This document shows, one piece after another, positions 59,254 to 64,000 of a stretch of DNA of 64,000 bases. Positions within the stretch are counted from its first letter, which is position 1, and each line of letters begins with the position of its first letter. This DNA comes from Bacteroidota bacterium (GTDB lineage Bacteria > Bacteroidota > Bacteroidia > NS11-12g > UBA955). The position numbers and the translations under genes were made by a program. The notes under the pieces were generated by a model. It worked only from the letters and a program-made list of their open reading frames with translations, was not told the DNA's origin and did no database searches. Location of the stretch: positions 538 through 64,537 of the forward strand of contig JAURGZ010000001.1 in NCBI GenBank assembly GCA_030833525.1, in the 5' to 3' direction.

Positions 59254-61100
59254 TAGGGGGTTTCCAAACGGGCGTTAAACATGTTTTCCTTCATGTAGGG
59301 TTTTTTGGTGTCGCGCTCGGGATGTAAATAGCGCTCCATCAACAAACTGGCTATGGGAGCTGCATAGGTAGCGCCGAATCCTGCATTTTCTACGATTACG
59401 GCAATGGCAATTTGGGGGTCATCTTTGGGGGCGAAAGCAATGAAGAGAGAGTGGTCCTTGCCATGCGGATTTTGAGCGGTACCGGTTTTGGCACATACCA
59501 CTACGCTATCCAAGGCGGCACCTCGGGCCGTGCCCCCGACTTGGGTTACCATTTCCATTCCCTGAATGACCGGGACAAAATGCCGGGGTTCAATGCCGGT
59601 ATAATGAGCCGTTCTGAATCGACGGTCCCAAGCGGTATCGCTATAGCCCTCAATTTGTTTGACCAAATGGGGGGTGTAATAATAGCCCCGGTTGGCGATG
59701 ATGGCAGCTAAGTTGGCCAATTGAATGGGGGTGAGCAAGATTTCGCCCTGACCAATGCCCAATGAAATGATCATGGAACTCCTCCATCGTTCACCGTGGC
59801 GTCGATCGAGCTGCGCCACACTGGGAATGTTTCCTCCCGATTCGCCCAACAGGTCAATTCCTGTGGGGCTTCCCAATCCAAAGCGTCTCCAATACGATTC
59901 GAGTATGGCATAGCCCTCCCTAACGTTTCCGTACTTGGGGGCATCGATGATGTCTCGAAACAATTGGCAGTAATAGGCGTTGCAGCTGATTTGGATGGAT
60001 TGAGCCAAGGCCAAAGGGCTTGGATGCGGGTGGCATCCTACCGTAATGGAGCCCATGTGATACCCTCCGGCACAAGAATGCCGAGTCTCGGGAGTTAAAA
60101 TACCCTCTTGCAGTCCTATCAGGGCCAATATGGGTTTTACCGTACTGCCTGGAGGATAAACCCCTTTTACAGCCCGGTTGTACAAGGGCTTTTTGGGGTC
60201 AATCAACAGCTTGCGAAATTCTTCGGTGCGCTGTTGACCCACTAGCAAATTCGGGTTGTAGTGTGGGCTGTTGTAAAAGGCCAGTACTTCGCCCGTTTTG
60301 GGTTCGATGGCTACAATGCTTCCTCTTTTTCCGGCCATCAAGGAGTCGGCGAGCAGCTGCAGAGCCATGTCCAGGCTGAGCTGCACATCAGGGCCGGCTA
60401 TGGCGGGTTTGTTGAATGATTCATTCTTAACCGTGCCTTGCTCCACATAGGTTCGGTCTTGCCAAACCGTTTTGACTCCCTTGATGCCTCGAATTTGGTT
60501 TTCGTAGTATTTCTCAATGCCCGTAATGCCCACCAAATCACCGGGTTGGTAGTAAGGGTCAGATTCGAGCATCTCTTCTGAAACCTCGCCCAAATAGCCA
60601 AAAGCATGGGCGCTACCGTTGAAGTTGTATAAGCGGTCGGTTTTCGGCTCTACGTAATAGGCCTTGAGTCGATAGAGGTTTTCTCGAATGATGGCATATT
60701 GTTCTGGACTGAGGTTGGAGAAAAAAACAGCCGATCGATCATAGGAATTGTTGCGTTGTCTCTTCTTGGAATTGATCCAAGCCAACAAAGTGCGCTGAGC
60801 AAAATCAGCTGAATCCAATCCCAAAATTTGGCATATCAGCACAGAATCGGCACTTCCCATTTTTTTGGGGAAAACCTTGAGGTCGTATGCGGGGGTGTTG
60901 CGCACCAATATGCGGCCGTTTCGGTCAAATAAAACCGATCGGCCCGGGTACAGGGTCACCTTGTTGAGGGCATTGTTGATGGCCATTTGCTCATAGGGCG
61001 TAGTTCCCAGTTGCAAACCCGCAATGCGCATCGCATACAGCAACAAAATGGCCGCGAAAGTCAAAATGTAAACCCAACGACGGTTGCTGTTCTGGTCCAT
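59253..61100 (-). CDS. mrdA: Penicillin-binding protein 2
   Basis: YPPGSTVK (SxxK), SCN and KTGTAQ, within the mre operon. Confidence 0.95.
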   Translation of the reverse strand: MDQNSNRRWVYILTFAAILLLYAMRIAGLQLGTTPYEQMAINNALNKVTLYPGRSVLFDRNGRILVRNTPAYDLKVFPKKMGSADSVLICQILGLDSADFAQRTLLAWINSKKRQRNNSYDRSAVFFSNLSPEQYAIIRENLYRLKAYYVEPKTDRLYNFNGSAHAFGYLGEVSEEMLESDPYYQPGDLVGITGIEKYYENQIRGIKGVKTVWQDRTYVEQGTVKNESFNKPAIAGPDVQLSLDMALQLLADSLMAGKRGSIVAIEPKTGEVLAFYNSPHYNPNLLVGQQRTEEFRKLLIDPKKPLYNRAVKGVYPPGSTVKPILALIGLQEGILTPETRHSCAGGYHMGSITVGCHPHPSPLALAQSIQISCNAYYCQLFRDIIDAPKYGNVREGYAILESYWRRFGLGSPTGIDLLGESGGNIPSVAQLDRRHGERWRSSMIISLGIGQGEILLTPIQLANLAAIIANRGYYYTPHLVKQIEGYSDTAWDRRFRTAHYTGIEPRHFVPVIQGMEMVTQVGGTARGAALDSVVVCAKTGTAQNPHGKDHSLFIAFAPKDDPQIAIAVIVENAGFGATYAAPIASLLMERYLHPERDTKKPYMKENMFNARLETP

Positions 61101-61102
61101 GG

Positions 61103-61612
61103 TTATTTCGTTGAGAATGAGGCGCGCAGCAACAGGAATAGCCCTATGGTTCCAGCGGTGCTAATCAGGGATGTAAGCAAGATCGATCCCCAAGCAGAAG
61201 CTTTGAAGTAGTCCAAGGAGAAGAATACGACATGGTGAACGAAGGTCAAACTGCCTACGTAGCTCAAATAGCTGGGCCAACCTTTGGATTGGGGGGTCAA
61301 ATATGCATCACCTTGCAGGAGCAGGCTATCGGTATCCAGTGCTTTTCGGTCGTAGAGGTCTTTGGCAAAAGCCAAGGAAACGCAAGCCCCGGTGTGCATG
61401 CCAAAACTGCCGCTGAGCAGGTCGATTAAAAAACCGAAAACGAAGGCTGAGGCCAAAACAATGAAGCGATTGGACTGAACATTCAAGACAAAAAATAGAT
61501 AGACATAGGGAAGGGGCTTGAGCCAAACACCCATGTTGATTTCCTGGATTAGGTAGGCTTGCAAGAATGCCAGTAAAATCGCCGCTATGCTATACTTCAG
61601 TGCTTCAATCAT
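61103..61612 (-). CDS. mreD: Rod shape-determining protein MreD
   Basis: Hydrophobic protein with GFLIDL..GMH, located between mreC and mrdA. Confidence 0.85.
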   Translation of the reverse strand: MIEALKYSIAAILLAFLQAYLIQEINMGVWLKPLPYVYLFFVLNVQSNRFIVLASAFVFGFLIDLLSGSFGMHTGACVSLAFAKDLYDRKALDTDSLLLQGDAYLTPQSKGWPSYLSYVGSLTFVHHVVFFSLDYFKASAWGSILLTSLISTAGTIGLFLLLRASFSTK

Positions 61613-62459
61613 GATTTTGCATTTCTTGGTGGGCTTGCATCAGTTGAGTCTCTTCTTTTTCCATGAGGTTTTCCACTATGCTGACATAGCGCAATCGCTC
61701 AAAGTCCACTCCAAGTGCGACGTCCAATTCTACGTAAGTGTTGTCTGCCGATTCGCGAATCTGAGAAACCCGACCAATGGGCAGTCCAGGCGGGAACAAG
61801 GTGCTGTAGTAGCTGGTTTGAACGTGCATGCCTTTGCGAATGCGTTCGGCTTTGTTGACTTCCATGACCCGCACTCGGCTTGGGTCGCCGCCCGGCCAAG
61901 CCAGTACGCCTTGCTGCAATTGAACTTCTTTGAAATAGGGTGTTAATTCAAACTTGGAGTTCAATACACTCATTACCAAGCTGTAATGCGCGCTTGTTTC
62001 GATCACAATGCCTACGATGCCATTGGGGGCAATGACACCCATATTGGGCCTGATTCCATCGTTTTGACCCTTGTCAATGATCAAAATGTTGTTGCGCAGG
62101 CGGGTGTTGCTACGTATGACTTTGGCCTGTCTGTATCGGTAATTCAGGGCCTTGTGATGTGCGCTGTCGTAGTGCGATTGGAGAAAGGTGCTATCGGGAG
62201 AGGCGCCGAACTGCTCCAATAGGTTGCGCAGACGCAAATTTTCCCGGGCCAATTGTTCGTTTTCAGCCCGCAGCCCGAAATAGTAATCTGAGTTGGATTT
62301 CCATTCATCCATCTGCCGGTAAAGGCCCAAGCTGGATTGAACGTAAAAACTGTGTTGATAGAGGTGAAACCGCATGACCTGATTGACCGAGAACCCCAGA
62401 AGGAGTATGGTCAAAAGCAAGTAGGATTGCTTCCGTATCCAACGGAATAGGATCCTCAT
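61605..62459 (-). CDS. mreC: Rod shape-determining protein MreC
   Basis: ENEQLAREN coiled coil, IDKG..DGI..MGVI..GIVG and FPPGLPIG. Confidence 0.93.
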   Translation of the reverse strand: MRILFRWIRKQSYLLLTILLLGFSVNQVMRFHLYQHSFYVQSSLGLYRQMDEWKSNSDYYFGLRAENEQLARENLRLRNLLEQFGASPDSTFLQSHYDSAHHKALNYRYRQAKVIRSNTRLRNNILIIDKGQNDGIRPNMGVIAPNGIVGIVIETSAHYSLVMSVLNSKFELTPYFKEVQLQQGVLAWPGGDPSRVRVMEVNKAERIRKGMHVQTSYYSTLFPPGLPIGRVSQIRESADNTYVELDVALGVDFERLRYVSIVENLMEKEETQLMQAHQEMQNHD

Positions 62460-62469
62460 GGTCGATGGA

Positions 62470-63495
62470 TTAAGCGGTCATCAAAAACTTGAAACGCCCA
62501 ATGTTCTTGAGTGCGGTTCCAGTGCCCCGAACAACGGCCCTCAAGGGGTCTTCGGCGATGTTTACCTTCAACTTGGTTTTCGCTGAAACACGTTTATCCA
62601 AGCCGCGCAAAAGCGCTCCACCACCTGTGAGCCATATTCCATTGGTGAGAATGTCGGCGCTCAATTCGGGGGGGGATTGCTCCAAGGCGCGAAGAATGGC
62701 TTCTTCGACTTTCATGATGCTTTTGTCTAGCGAACGTGCAATCTCGCTGTAACTGACCATGATTTGCTTGGGAATACCCGTCATGAGGTCGCGACCGTAT
62801 ACGGCGTAATCATCTGGCGGATTTTCCAATTCCTGCAAAGCAGACCCAATGTGGATTTTGATTTTTTCAGCTGTGCGCTCTCCAATGAGCAAGTTGTGCT
62901 CCCGGCGCATGTATTCCAAAATGTCCAAGTTGAATTCATCTCCTGCCACTCGAATGCTCTCATCACAGACGATTCCACCCAAAGCGATAATTGCAATCTC
63001 AGTGGTTCCGCCCCCGATATCAATGATCATATTGCCTTGTGGCTGAGTTACATCAATGCCAATACCAACCGCCGCTGCCATGGGTTCGTGAATGAGATAC
63101 ACCTCTTTGGCGCCGCTGCGTTCTGCACTGTCCTTAACCGCTCTTTTTTCCACTTCGGTAATGCCAGAAGGAATGCAAATGACCATTTTGAGTTGAGGGC
63201 TGATCCAATTTTGCTTTTGGTTCATCATTTTGATCATGCCTCGAATCATATGCTCGGCAGCTTGGAAATCTGCTATGACACCGTCTTTGAGAGGGCGAAC
63301 CGTGCGAATGCCTTCGTTCTCTTTACCGTACATCTGCATGGCCTCTGAACCAATGGCTATCACATTGCCAGTATTTCGTTCCAGTGCAATGATAGACGGT
63401 TCGTCTACCACTACTTTATCCTTGTAAATGATCAAGGTATTGGCAGTGCCCAAATCGATGGCAAGTTCTTGCGTTAAAAAGCTGAAAAGACCCAT
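62470..63495 (-). CDS. mreB: Rod shape-determining protein MreB
   Basis: AIDLGTANT, RPLKDGVIADF, EPMAAA, DIGGGTT and LTGGGALL. Confidence 0.97.
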   Translation of the reverse strand: MGLFSFLTQELAIDLGTANTLIIYKDKVVVDEPSIIALERNTGNVIAIGSEAMQMYGKENEGIRTVRPLKDGVIADFQAAEHMIRGMIKMMNQKQNWISPQLKMVICIPSGITEVEKRAVKDSAERSGAKEVYLIHEPMAAAVGIGIDVTQPQGNMIIDIGGGTTEIAIIALGGIVCDESIRVAGDEFNLDILEYMRREHNLLIGERTAEKIKIHIGSALQELENPPDDYAVYGRDLMTGIPKQIMVSYSEIARSLDKSIMKVEEAILRALEQSPPELSADILTNGIWLTGGGALLRGLDKRVSAKTKLKVNIAEDPLRAVVRGTGTALKNIGRFKFLMTA

Positions 63496-63572
63496 GTAAG
63501 TAATGCAGATGTATTGACTGCAAAATAACACAAACCAAGCGTTACACGGAAGGGGAATTTTATAATTTTAAA

Positions 63573-64000
63573 TCATTGCCAATCAATGATTTTGCCCATA
63601 GAAAGCTGCCACAACGGAGGCAAGAGTTTTCGTTCGAGGTATCCCCAGCCTTTTTCGAGTCTCCAATCCAGTCCCAGTACACGGGCTTGAAGGCCCATGC
63701 CAAAGGAAGCCAAGTAGGGATTTCGCTGTGAGCTCACACTTAATAAATAGTTGGGGGTTTGCCAGTAAACGGTATTGAAAGGATTGCCCTCTGTGCGCGG
63801 TGTCGCACCAAAAAATGCCGTGCCGAGATCGTTGAAAACATACAGCAACAAGCTTTTGGAAAACCCAGATCGCAACAAGCCTTTCTGCCAGTATTGCAGC
63901 ACGGGTGAAGATAGGCTTTGATGAAAAACAGCATAGCTTGAACCCAGTCTAGCACCGCTTTGAAATCCCCTCAGTCCAGGCCCCATCTCTTGCCATTGAG
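63573..64000 (-). CDS. 3' end of a gene running in from beyond the window, probable outer-membrane beta-barrel C-terminus
   Basis: Frame is open to the window edge. Amphipathic strands (FGMGLQARVLGLDWRLEKGWG). Confidence 0.5.
   Translation of the reverse strand, partial: QWQEMGPGLRGFQSGARLGSSYAVFHQSLSSPVLQYWQKGLLRSGFSKSLLLYVFNDLGTAFFGATPRTEGNPFNTVYWQTPNYLLSVSSQRNPYLASFGMGLQARVLGLDWRLEKGWGYLERKLLPPLWQLSMGKIIDWQ

Overview
This is a gene-dense, mostly housekeeping chromosomal segment of a Bacteroidota bacterium. The assignment rests on T9SS type A and B C-terminal sorting domains, recurrent TAnnTTTG -7 promoters, near absence of Shine-Dalgarno sites and an alternative complex III operon. It carries nuoI-N, actA-F, a membrane pyrophosphatase, serC-serA-DUF1015, cystathionine beta-synthase, map, rpsA, valS, tRNA-Val(TAC), mreBCD-mrdA-rodA, several glycosyltransferases, and a vanadium haloperoxidase-like gene beside a VCBS/FG-GAP lipoprotein. 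I found no integrase, transposase, prophage or CRISPR array. The oddities most worth follow-up are: (1) a 49-aa basic ORF missing from the ORF track, with its own promoter and terminator (54300-54449); (2) a 67-bp tandem repeat made of diverged copies of the hldE 3' end; (3) a 17-Cys metallothionein-like tail on the pyrophosphatase; (4) a nested 125-bp palindrome that includes the tRNA-Val CCA end; (5) ribosomal protein S1 with an HhH-like tail and a strong SD before a TTG start; (6) a GT-C/TPR glycosyltransferase with TMTC-like architecture; and (7) promoter spacing that suggests many leaderless mRNAs. All calls come from reading the sequence; no database searches were run.
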